DNA of 64,000 bases, from contig NIVC01000038.1 in NCBI GenBank assembly GCA_002269645.1, positions 992,001 through 1,056,000 of the forward strand. The letters run 5' to 3'. Numbering within the stretch: the stretch's first letter is position 1; each line of letters begins with the position of its first letter. Below, one piece after another: positions 36,428-46,494 of the stretch. This DNA comes from Macrostomum lignano. Lineage: Eukaryota. The notes beneath the pieces were generated by a model, which was given only the letters and a program-made list of their open reading frames with translations, did not search any database and was not told the origin of the DNA. Made by a program: the position numbers and the translations under genes.

Positions 36428-37830
36428 ATGAGTTTATGCAACTCTGCCGCACTTGCACTGCGGAGATAGGCGGTAATGTAAAAGGATAGGAGGGCTGAGA
36501 TAGCCAATGGAAATAAGGGGCGTGGGGTGGGTGTGCGATTGGCTGGGCGGCGCGGGTGGTGAAACGCTTATGCAACTCTGCCGCACTGGGAGGGGCAGGT
36601 AGCAAAGCAAAGCAAAGAATTGGAAGGTTTTTGGAATAGCAGAGTAAACAAATTAAAGCAAGGTAGGCGTGGCGTGGAAACTTCCACCTCAATTTTGTGC
36701 CTGGCCTACGCAACTCCTCAGCATCCTCCACTGTGCTTATTGTATAGCAATGCCTATGCAACTCTGAGCGGAGAGAGGCTCCGTCCGCTCTTGAGTGTCT
36801 GCCTCTGGCGCACTGGCATTGATAATAAATGGGTAATAAACTTTGTAACGGGTGCGGGGGCTTGAGTGGAAAGGGTAGGGTTTGGAGTGGAGGTGAGGTT
36901 GTTGGTGGGCTCTAAAACAGTTGTTCAACTCTGCCGCACTTTCACTGTGCAGGGACAGAGAGTTGAGCTCTAAAACAGTTGTTCAACTCTGCCGCACTTT
37001 CACTGTGTAGGGACAGAGAGTTGAGCTCTAAAACAGTTGTTCAACTCTGCCGCACTTTCACTGAGGAGATAGGCGGTTATGTAAAAGGATAGGAGGGCGT
37101 AAAAGAGCCAGCTGAGATAGCCAATGGAAATAAGGGGCGTGGGGTGGGTGTGATTGGCTGGGTGGTGAAACGTTTATGCAACTCTGCCGCACTGGTGGAG
37201 GCAGGTAGCAAAGCAAAGAATTGGAAGGTTTTGGAATAGCAGAGTAAACAAATTCAAAACAAGGTAGGCATGGCGTGGAAACGTCCACCTCAATTTTGTG
37301 CCTGGCCTACGCAACTCCTCGGCGTCCCCCACTGTGCTTATCCTATAGCATGCCTATGCAACTCTGCCGCACTATTTGTCAGTGCGGAGTGAAATAGATA
37401 AGAGAGGCTCTGGTCTTCCTGAATGTCTGCCTCTGGCAATTTTAATAAATGGGCAATAAACTTTGTAATGGGTGCGGGGCTTGAGTGGAAAGGGTAGGGT
37501 TTGAAGTGGAGGTGAGGTTGGTGAGCTCTAAGTTGTTCAACTCTGCCGCACTTTCACTGTGCAGGGACAGAGAGGTGAGCTCTAAAAACAGTTGTTCAAC
37601 TCTGCCGCACTTTCACTGTGCAGGGACAGAGAGGTGAGCTCTAAAAACAGTTGTTCAACTCTGCCGCACTTTCACTGTGCAGGGACAGAGAGGTGAGCTC
37701 TAAAAACAGTTGTTCAACTCTGCCGCACTTTCACTGTGCAGGGACAGAGAGGTGAGCTCTAAAACAGTTGTTCAACTCTCTTTCACTGTGCAGGGACAGA
37801 GAGGTGAGCTCTAAAACAGTTATTCAACTC
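36428..37830. repeat. Maverick subterminal repeats: two ~500-bp direct repeats plus 59-bp tandem units
   Basis: 36428-36940 matches about 37060-37540; the 59-bp unit CTCTAAAAACAGTTGTTCAACTCTGCCGCACTTTCACTGTGCAGGGACAGAGAGGTGAG is repeated. Confidence 0.85.
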
Positions 37831-37859
37831 TAGTGGTGAAACGCATATGCAATTCTGCC

Positions 37860-38132
37860 CTGGGTTTTTTTCGTCCAGAACTTGGGTGCGATTTCGCACC
37901 CTGTGCTAGATTTCAGGGTGCGATTTTCAAGACCAGGATGCGCTGCACTGCTGCAGACAAAAACTGGTCTAACACTAATAACACTAAAGACGTTCATAAC
38001 ACAAAATTGTGAAATCCACATCACATCCTTGCAAAAAATTCTGGTGCGCTTTTCGCACCCTGAGTCAAATTTCAGGGTGCGATTTTTAAGACCAGGATGC
38101 TATTCGCACCCATTCGCACAAAAAAAACCCAG
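37860..38132. mobile_element. hAT-like non-autonomous MITE (273 bp)
   Basis: TIR CTGGGTTTTTTT / AAAAAAACCCAG; 8-bp TSD ATTCTGCC / ACTCTGCC; internal GGGTGCGA-TT-TCGCACCC palindrome. Confidence 0.65.
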
Positions 38133-38897
38133 ACTCTGCCGCACTTGCACTGCGGAGATAGGAGGGCCTTGGTAGTATAGAGCCCTATGGCATCGGGTTT
38201 GAAAGTGGGATGGGGGCAATCCGAGAGGAGGGGGTTAGGCGTTGTATGGGTCTGAGGTTGGTTAAGCAATGGCGCAGGCCTACACACCTATGTCCCTCCC
38301 CCCCTCCCCATTGTGTACTGAGAGAGATAAGGGGCTAGGCAGAGCTGTGGTTAGTTCAAGTCTTGCCGGCGGTGTAAAGAGAAAAATATAGATTACACAG
38401 GTATGAAAATCGGAAGGGTTGGATGATACAGTGTTCGGATCATAAAAGCTAGTTGGGGCTCACGACGCTCTCACTGCTAGGCTCTTCCGTTGATCTCAGT
38501 TTTTAGACTGTATAGGCGGTTTATGGTACAGAACGAAGCCCAATGAATATAAAGTAAATATTGTGGGAAATTTTATTAGATATAGGTCTGGGGTCTACTA
38601 AGCACAAAGTTTGTTATTGCGCCAGAATAATGTCGGCGTGTACGAGTATTATTATTATTCTAGTCTACCACAACAACTGCGCTGTGTATACCGTTCTTGG
38701 AAAGAAAATTAGGGAGGGGGTTCGATTGGTCGGTTTGAGGAAGAACTGGATTGGGGTTGGTGGGGAACAAATAATGATGTACATTTAATGGGGATTGGAG
38801 GGTACTGTATTCAGTGGTCAGTGTTCCGCAAATTGTATACATATAAATGAAGTGAAAAATAACTGCAGTCTTCCGAATTCTCACTTCCGCCGCAACA

Positions 38898-39911
38898 ATG
38901 AAGAAGATAAGCGACTCATGTGCTACCTTTGAAGTCTGCCTAACTTGCAACAAGTGCGTTGTTGGATTTTTAAAGCCTGGCCATCACAAAGAGTGCAACA
39001 AGAGCACTTTCAACGTTTGCTGGCAGTGTGGCGTTGTAATGAAGCGTGGAGGAAAAGCGGGAAAATTCAAAGCTCACCGCGGGCATCAGCAGCTGCCTAC
39101 TGGAGACAATGGAATAAAAAATTTAAGACGCATAGTTATGCAGAAAGCGCATCAAATAGCCGGAGAGCAAACCGCTGCACGAAAGGCTCTCAGCCATTAA
39201 TAAACGGTGTAATTAGAGACGGCTGTAGCAGCGATGATGACTTTGTTGAGCAGCCGCAACAGTCACAATTCCAACGCCCACTCGCTGCTCAGTCGGCTGG
39301 ACATCCCCCGGATATCAGAGGAAAGCAGATCCGCATGGACAGTCCGGACAGCCTTCTGTACGAAGAGCCAACCGATGAGGAGACTGAGGACAGCGACATT
39401 GCTATCAACAATGAGCAGCCTCCCAGCATCAGCGAGCAGCAGCAGCAGCAGCAGCAGCCTCCAGGCATCGGCGAGCAGCCTCCTAGCATCAGCGAGCAGC
39501 AGCAGCCTCCAGGCATTGGCGAGCAGCCTCCTAGCATCAGCGAGCAGCAACAGCAGCCTCCCAGCATCAGCGAGCAGCAGCAGCAGCCTCCAGGCATCGG
39601 CGAGCAGCAACAGCAGCCTCCAGCATCAGCGAGCAGCAGCAGCAGCCTCCAGGCATCGGCGAGCAGCAACAGCAGCCTCCCAGCATCAGCAGCCTCCAGG
39701 CATCGGCGAGCAGCAACAGCAGCCTCCCAGCATCAGCGAGCAGCAGCAGCAGCCTCCAGGCATCGGCGAGCAGCTTTCAAGCATCAACAACATTGGTGAA
39801 CAGATTGCTCAGCCAAACATTATTGAAGAACCGGCTGGATTGGATTCCCTGATGGAGGTATTGGGAGACGGGGAATTTGAGGCTGCTAACAATGTCGTAC
39901 CTCGATACTAA
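38898..39911 (+). CDS. Cys/His-rich small ORF followed by frameshifted acidic and Gln-rich repetitive ORF(s), probably Maverick accessory gene(s)
   Basis: ATG 38898; CLTC...HHKEC...CWQC...HRGH; then SSDDDFVEQ, EEPTDEETEDSD and PPSISEQQQ repeats in shifted frames. Confidence 0.45.
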
Positions 39912-40565
39912 CTGCAACTTGTGCTGCCACCAGTAATTGGAGCAGGATACATTGTAAAAATTGAAAATGACAGCATTATTTTTGTGTCTCGTTGAGCAAG
40001 CGAATTCTTGGTCACTTGGTCATTCTTGGCTATTGTGTATCTTAAAAATTCAGTTTAACTTAAATTTTTTACTTTAATTTGTACTTCAGCTTTTATTTTG
40101 ATTTACAATAAGCCAAGAAATGTTTTTTTTAAATCAATAGCGATTATAGCAAAGCTAGATAGAATATTTCGAGCAACATAGCTTTTAGTAGTATCAATCT
40201 ACAATTAAATAAGCCAATCATGTAATTGTTGACTCAAATATGAATTCAAGTTTCTGAATTAATATTTCGGGTGTTTAAAAAATAGGTTTAAAACTTTTGC
40301 CGTGCTATCTCTGTGGCCGTCGCCATCCAGAAGCTCCTCAACTGACGAGCGCCGAGCAACAGCGATTTCGACCATCTACGAGTATCTGACTTTTGCATGT
40401 GTCACTCAATTTCTACAATTGATGCAGCTTTAATGTCTGAATTTAAAGTTACTTTTTGGCAATTTCTAGAAAGTTACTACTCGTACTTTTTGCGTAATGG
40501 AATTTGGTGTTTGATGGTCAACTGATTTTAGTCATATTGATTTCTTTGAAATTTTGTTGTTGTTG

Positions 40566-40568
<3 letters not shown>

Positions 40569-40610
<42 letters not shown>
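40569..40610. repeat. (TG)n microsatellite
   Basis: Simple dinucleotide run. Confidence 0.95.
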
Positions 40611-40614
<4 letters not shown>

Positions 40615-41012
40615 GCTATTCATTGGTGGTGGTTGCTTTTCTATATTACGTTATTTTTCTGTATTAGTGCGTACTTTTCTAATTTGTGGCTGTAATATTA
40701 TTTATCAAATTGCTATTCCAACCATCTGTGCATGAAAATGTTAGTTAATGATCATGTTTTGCTAATGTCCATTGTTTTAAACAAAATATGCTTTTTTATT
40801 CATGAGCCAAATTGCTTCACTGTGTGTGTTAGCATTTTCATTTTCTTTCTTTTCCTATTTTTCTTTTACTAGTAGTACCAATTTCGCTGTGTGTAGCAGT
40901 TTGCTGACAATTTTTAGCATCTTTTTATCCAAATAAAACTAGTAAACAAGACAGATTAAAATTCTACTGTTAAATTTTTGTCGGAAGATTAAAGACGGAT
41001 AATTCTTGTGCT

Positions 41013-41594
41013 TTATTTTAGTTGCATAAGTGTGTTAACAGAGCGAAACAGGGAAGAACTGTCGGATTTTAGCATCCGCAGAGATTTCGCCCCACTTAGA
41101 ATATAAGAGGCATTATGGAAAAGCAAGCATTTACAATACTTAAGTTGACAAACTAAAGCTGAAAATGTTTCTGGTTCATACTGGGCTTTGGGCAATACTT
41201 TAACAAGCTCATTAAGCGGTAGCGCATTTTTAAGCTTAAATCGTCCATGAGCAGTAATAGTTTTAATTCGAACACAAATTGTTTGATGAGGCAGCAGTTG
41301 AGCCGGCACTCTCCGATGTAGCATAGCCACGAAGCGAAGGGCAGCCCTTTTGGCGTCTGCGTGGGTCTTGGCACCACAGATGCTCAGTTGCCCAGTAGGG
41401 TAGAGTAGCAGAGTCACTCTGGGACTTCGCATCCGCTTGATGAGCACCCGGGGCCAGACGGGCCGGTAGATCACATGAGCCATGCTGAGAGCCAGTTCCC
41501 GTAGAGGTAGCTGAGCGCCCCTGCCACCATCCAGCCTCAGATCTACTCCGCCAACCAGATTGGTCACTCTTAGGGCTGTAGCGGGTGGGCTCAT
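41013..41594 (-). CDS. TBP-like: Divergent TATA-binding-protein (TBP)-like protein, 193 aa, intronless, inside the Maverick gene block
   Basis: Two TBP repeats: RVTNLVG...LRELAL...IYRPVWPRVLIKRMRSPRVTLLLYPTGQLSICGAK and IKTITAHG...LPLNELV...YEPETFSALVCQL...CLLFHNASYILSGAK. These parallel the TBP NIV..., YNPKRF...LIFSSGK...TGAK and YEPELF...LIFVSGK...TGAK motifs. Confidence 0.85.
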   Translation of the reverse strand: MSPPATALRVTNLVGGVDLRLDGGRGAQLPLRELALSMAHVIYRPVWPRVLIKRMRSPRVTLLLYPTGQLSICGAKTHADAKRAALRFVAMLHRRVPAQLLPHQTICVRIKTITAHGRFKLKNALPLNELVKVLPKAQYEPETFSALVCQLKYCKCLLFHNASYILSGAKSLRMLKSDSSSLFRSVNTLMQLK

Positions 41595-41689
41595 TTCGAT
41601 CGTCAACTTCTTCACCAAATCTGCTTCTGCCAACTTTACTGCTCGTGTGCCACGGACACTTCTCGCTTCTTAAGTTGATGCAGAACTTT

Positions 41690-42114
41690 GGCTTAAGCCA
41701 ACTGTAGTGCAGCAATGAATTTCTCACTGCACAACCAGTATCTGAATCTTCAATTGAGGGTGCTCCCAAATCTTCTAGGTTATAAACCTGTCTACCAAGC
41801 AGCTCAGTCAGGAAAATAGACTTCCTTTCCCCATTTGTCCAGATCGGACCACTGGCAATGCTCAGAATGTCTTCCGCCAGTTCCATGTACGGACGGGTTC
41901 CATCATTCCACTTAAACTGGTGCAGACTCCTTGATAGCTGTCTGTAGCAAACTCGCATGTCAGGGGAGACTCTCTCCCATGGATACGGAGGTGCGTACAC
42001 ATGGTGAGCAATTCGGTAGCTTCCCGCTCCGACTTGAACAACTGCCAACTCCTTCACAACAAATTTTTTGCTTGTGCTGTTGCACGGAAATCCTTGGAAG
42101 TCAATGTAGTTCAT
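41690..42114 (-). CDS. Maverick-type DEDD-exonuclease-like ORF
   Basis: MNYIDFQGF...FVVKELAV...HHVYAPPYPW...LHQFKWNDG...Y...IWTNGERK...L...VYNLEDLG...CAVRNS. The pattern resembles a conserved invertebrate Maverick ORF (recognised by eye). Confidence 0.55.
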
Positions 42115-42143
42115 GATGCAGCTTTCCTTCGAAAAATTCGGAG

Positions 42144-42857
42144 TCAATCCACCTTCTTATATACTTTTCTTCCGGGCAGTTTCAGCCAGGCTGTGTTGCT
42201 CCCGTACCCCTTGACTAGACTCTTCTGTTCTTTCTCCAGTTCACCCCCTCTGCTGGTTGCCATTTTATTTTTAACTGATTTACCAACAGCAGAAAGCGGA
42301 ACATTAAGCTTTTTCTGCTGCAGAAAATCGATGAACTCGTTCCACCCAACTGGTTCACGCTCACATGGCGAATCCCTCACCGCGTGTTGAATCAAGTCCA
42401 GTATATTTGAGGAAGGGATTGACCACCTCCCCATTTTCACAAACTCGAATCAGCTCTGGACTGGTGGACAGGATCGTCCACAGACTGCGAGCCCTGGTTT
42501 TGAATCATTTCATGGTTTGTTCATTTTGCTTCTTCTTCTTTACCAGCTTAAGCAGAATCGGGAGTATTTTAATGAAACCAGCCTTCAACAAGTCTATCTT
42601 TCTTCTTTTGTGAGTAATTTTTCCAATATCTCTTTTGACTTTGCAAGAACAGCTTTTTCATCGAGCGAAAACGATAGATTGTTTTGTAAGAGATTATGGC
42701 AGGCCTCGACAAGAAAATAACGCACTTCTTTTGGACAATTTTTTATCAACAGCCGCTTGAAGCGCACGGTATATTTAGGTGACGCAAGAACCGCAAAAAG
42801 ACTTGCATGTGAATCAAGCACTTCCATAGCGTTGAAAACAATAGCTGATAAAAACAA
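42144..42857 (-). pseudogene. Frameshifted conserved Maverick small ORFs (PW/PZ-type)
   Basis: FLVEACHNLLQNNLSF...LAKSKEILEKL...LLKAGFIKILPILL, then ARSLWTIL...NGEV...IPSSNILDLIQH...PVGWNEF...LNVPLSAVG. Confidence 0.5.
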
Positions 42858-42868
42858 GCTTCACTTTC

Positions 42869-43515
42869 TTAAGCAAATACAAGATGAGGTCGCTGGTTGG
42901 GCAAAATTCTGGCCCGCACTCGCAGCTCATCGGGAGTTGATGGGTGAAAGTCTAGGAACAGGTAAGCTCCCCTGTTCTGCGCGGTCACGTGCTTGAACAC
43001 TGACAGCAGAAAGCCGGGCTTCTCTGTAAAGCACTGCCTGCCCAGTGCTGCAATCTGCAGCTGGTCTCTGGGGTTTTTCAAGATAGCTAAGTACATTACA
43101 TTCAAGCTCATTGTTCGCGACTATTTTCCCTTGAAAAATATATTCTGAGTCAGCATCACCAAGAAGCACGGCAAGTGATGTGCGATTCCTGTGAAAAAAT
43201 TCGCATTGAAGCAGAATTTGAGGTTCCCTCTATTAAGTCATCGAAAACAACCAGGTCATTGGGCCTAAGTGCTGCCTCGATGTTGGTGGGAAATCCCTGG
43301 CGCAGCTGCACACCTAGGCTGCTCAGTTCTGCATGCCCTGCCTGTGAGATCCCATAGTACCACAGAACTCTACCAGGCTTCACATCAAACATGGCGTCTT
43401 TGTACTGGATCAGGTGTTTGACAAAGGTTGTTTTTCCTGCATTGGTGGGCCCGCAGACAATCATGCAGCTTCCCTGCCTGAGGCGGATATCGTAGCAAAC
43501 TCGCTTTTCTCCCAT
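42869..43515 (-). CDS. A32/FtsK-like DNA packaging ATPase (frameshifted near 43170)
   Basis: Walker A GPTNAGKT; Walker B LVVFDD; C-terminal SLNVMYLAILKNPRDQLQI...YLFLDFHPSTPDELRVR. Confidence 0.85.
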
Positions 43516-43538
43516 GTTTAATGCATAAATATTAGAAA

Positions 43539-44009
43539 TCACGGACATCTTTTTCTTAAGTTGGCTTCAAACCTCTGTAAGATTCTATCATTCAAATGAT
43601 TTTTTTCATTAGCATGCAAATGCTTCAAAATCCCCTCAAATGACCGATTGAACAGAAACTTTTGATAAGCAAAATAGATGCAAAACATTCCGCATTTATT
43701 AGAGTTAGCACATTGAAATCTGTTTAGATTGCTTCGGAGCCAAAAGCCAGTTGTTTTAATCTCTCGAAACAAATTATAAACCAAAGATAAAATTTCAGGT
43801 TCCCAGCCGAGGGAGTTGAACAACTCAATGCGATTTCCTTGCCCAGCATAGCACACCACCCAGTGACCAAATGAGCCATTGTGCTGAAGTAGGACAAAAA
43901 CAAACTTGTTTTCAAAGGAAATTGATGATCTAAATTTTTTTACATTCAAGGGCAGAGAATTTTTATAGCGCAAATGTAAAGTAACTATGAGAAATTTTTG
44001 GTAAGGCAA
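43539..44009 (-). CDS. Adenain-like cysteine protease
   Basis: GHW...LFNSLG...FQCANSNKCGMFC (His, Asp/Asn, Gln...Cys arrangement). Confidence 0.8.
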   Translation of the reverse strand: MPYQKFLIVTLHLRYKNSLPLNVKKFRSSISFENKFVFVLLQHNGSFGHWVVCYAGQGNRIELFNSLGWEPEILSLVYNLFREIKTTGFWLRSNLNRFQCANSNKCGMFCIYFAYQKFLFNRSFEGILKHLHANEKNHLNDRILQRFEANLRKRCP

Positions 44010-44053
44010 AAATTTTCTGGCGAGATTAAGTAGTTAAATTGCATCCATGTCAA

Positions 44054-45330
44054 TTAAGATGAATAGTCCAGCAAAAGCTCTCGGTGCTTGGTGACCTCAA
44101 TCAGCGAGTCATACAGGCACATAGCAATCAGGGACACCGCTTCATTCAGTGCCTGTTGAAGCGAATCTCCAGCCGCAGGTTGCCCTCCTTCTGTCCGTAC
44201 CACAGAGCCGCTCCCTCTGGTGTGAGATCGAATGCAAACACCGTGTTGTTGTTGGAGAAGAGCTGGTAGGGGATCCACGGGACCGAATTGCTTGCAGATT
44301 GACAGCTTTTCATGTAGTGCAAGTATTCTCTTACAAAGGAATTGTTTTCAGGTGTGAAGGCGCCGTGGCACACGGTCTCTCCACCTTTCTTTAGAGCCAA
44401 CCGGCTGAGGTTGAAGCTCTGGAACTGGAACGGGCTCGCGTGATGATGACCGTTGAATGCTCGGTGGCTCACGAAGGCCAGCATGATGAACTCCGGCAAT
44501 TTTCCATGAGTGAATCCTTCAATGTTTTTAGATTGAATGCCCTGGGGTAGGATGAAGTTCTGCATTTCAGTTCGCTCGATGGGATACAGTGCATTTTGGT
44601 TTGTTAGCCCCTGCTCGTGGGCCAGGGTGATGTGGGGCACCACTTTGACTCGGCGAAGATGCAGAATGCTGTGAGAGATTTCCATGCGGTATGCCACGTT
44701 GTTTGCATTCGGGGTTCTGATGGCAAAAGCCCCGTCGCTGGGCACCAGTTTGATGTGCAAGTGCAGATTGCTTAGCAGAAACACTGGGCACTGGAAAACA
44801 TCGCTGAAGAGCGGCCCCGCATACTCCATCCATCGGGATTCCCTGTGGCTCTCCGTGTGCTTTTCAGCTGCAGAGTCCGGCTCCAGGAAGCCAGCAGGGT
44901 AAAGTTTTAGTTGCTGGCCATCAGATGAGCTCATTAGTGCTTTGAAGGACGCATGGTAGGGATAGAGCTGGTCTCCACCAGACACCACTCGCTGGTTAAT
45001 GCTCACAATTACATCTGAGAAGACTGTAGACAGAACAAAGTTTTCTGGGTGCACATCACTGTCTCTGCGTTCGGTGATGATGCCATCTCCATCTCGAACA
45101 TCCTCCCTCAGCAAACCCCCATCCAGTCTCACAAGGCGGCAGCGAATATAAAGAAAAGAATTTAGCAGATCTGTGTATTCATCGGCAGATTGGTGGCAGT
45201 CAAATTCAATGGGGGAGTTTGCAGCAATGGAATTAACTGGGTGAATATCAACACAAGTAGCTTTTTCAATGCAGGTTTGTAGAACGGGCGTCTTAAATAA
45301 ATCAAGTCGGGGATTGAATCCGTAAGCCAT
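44054..45330 (-). CDS. Major capsid protein (PY/hexon, double jelly-roll), frameshift near the C-terminus
   Basis: LDLFKTPVLQT...IHPVNS...PIEF...YTDLLNSFLYIRC...FSDV...YPY...P.FI.LAFVS..AFNG...SPFQFQ...AFDLTP...LRLEIRF, continuing LIAMCLYDSLIEVTKHRELLLDY in the next frame. Confidence 0.85.
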
Positions 45331-45332
45331 GT

Positions 45333-45830
45333 CTATGACAGAGAGTCGAGCACGCGTTTCACAGTTTTCTTGCTGACTTTACGCTTTCGCTTTCCTCCGC
45401 CTGCTGCATTCTTCTTTGCTTTCGTCTTCCTATTCTTAAGCTTTTTTCCCACTAGCCTTGCTCGACCTCTTATTGCGATTTCCACCAGTTGCCTTTCGGG
45501 TGTGCTTCTTCTTCTTACCAAGGTGGCAGCAACCCTACCAAGTCGAGGCTAACGTTTTAGGTTCATTTTCAGGCAAATCTATAGGTAGTACAACGGTGCT
45601 ATCTAGCTTCTTCAGGAGCAGCGGGTTTTATTTTCCAGGAACATCTTCAAGAACCCGAGAAGGAGAAGTACTTTAAAAGCATCGCCGCCTGGCACCGAGC
45701 GGTATGGTATGCCCTACAAAGTATCCACCAGTCCGGCTGGGCGTATATCAACAGGCGCAGCTACGCTTCGAAGTATGCTGGATGGCTGCAGACCTCGGCT
45801 GGCCTGTAGAAAATAGTCTGCCCTGGGAGT
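45333..45830 (-). pseudogene. Degraded basic/core-protein-like ORF upstream of MCP
   Basis: Lys/Arg-rich tail (45333..45521) and an upstream FSGFLKMF/PLLLKK amphipathic fragment with frameshifts. Confidence 0.35.
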
Positions 45831-46494
45831 TCGCTATGAACTAAGTAACTATTACTTTATTATATATATTTGACTCGATTTAATTTTGCTACTTGCAACT
45901 TTGAATATTTCACTAGTACGAAATATTGCATATCTTCATGATAATTCGCTTAAATACTCGTGCTCATACTAATATGTATATTCTGCTCATATGCTTGTTT
46001 TTCTTAAATGCTCATGCTCATGCTAATATGTACATATCTTGCTTACATGCTTATTCGACCTATTTAGCTCTAAACTTGTGCTTATCATTGTTATCTATGC
46101 TCATACTTATTCACTCAATTATATTTTGCTCATCGTTGCTCACGTAGGCTATATTTATCCATGCTCATCGTGCTTGCCCCTCAATTGTATGCTCACTAAT
46201 ATTTTTATACTTACCCCTTGCTTATGCGCATGCTCGACATACTACTTGTAATACTCTTTTAACTTTTTCTTACGCATATATTTATTCGAAAAATTTAAAT
46301 AGGGAAGCCAGTTGGTATAGGGCTAAAGCTTAATAATTCGTATTACTGGTAGTAGTTAACTTTGAACATTTTATTCCAGCCAATTAGGGAATTTCTCCCT
46401 GTTTTGTTTTAATCCTATATTTTTATTTCTGTTATAAATTCGCTAATTTTGTTTGAGTGAATGTCACCCAATAAAAAATGTTTGCCTTAATTTT

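Larger units (their letters stand above)
36422..45850 (-). mobile_element. Maverick/Polinton (adintovirus-like) element, one arm; pPolB and integrase not seen in the window
   Basis: AGTAGT terminus exactly where the Gypsy 3' LTR match stops. Intronless, tightly packed, co-oriented MCP, adenain protease, packaging ATPase and conserved small ORFs. Confidence 0.85.

Noticed and set aside
41013-41594. The host's main TBP gene
   Set aside because: Far too divergent from the highly conserved eukaryotic TBP core, intronless, and embedded among viral-type genes.
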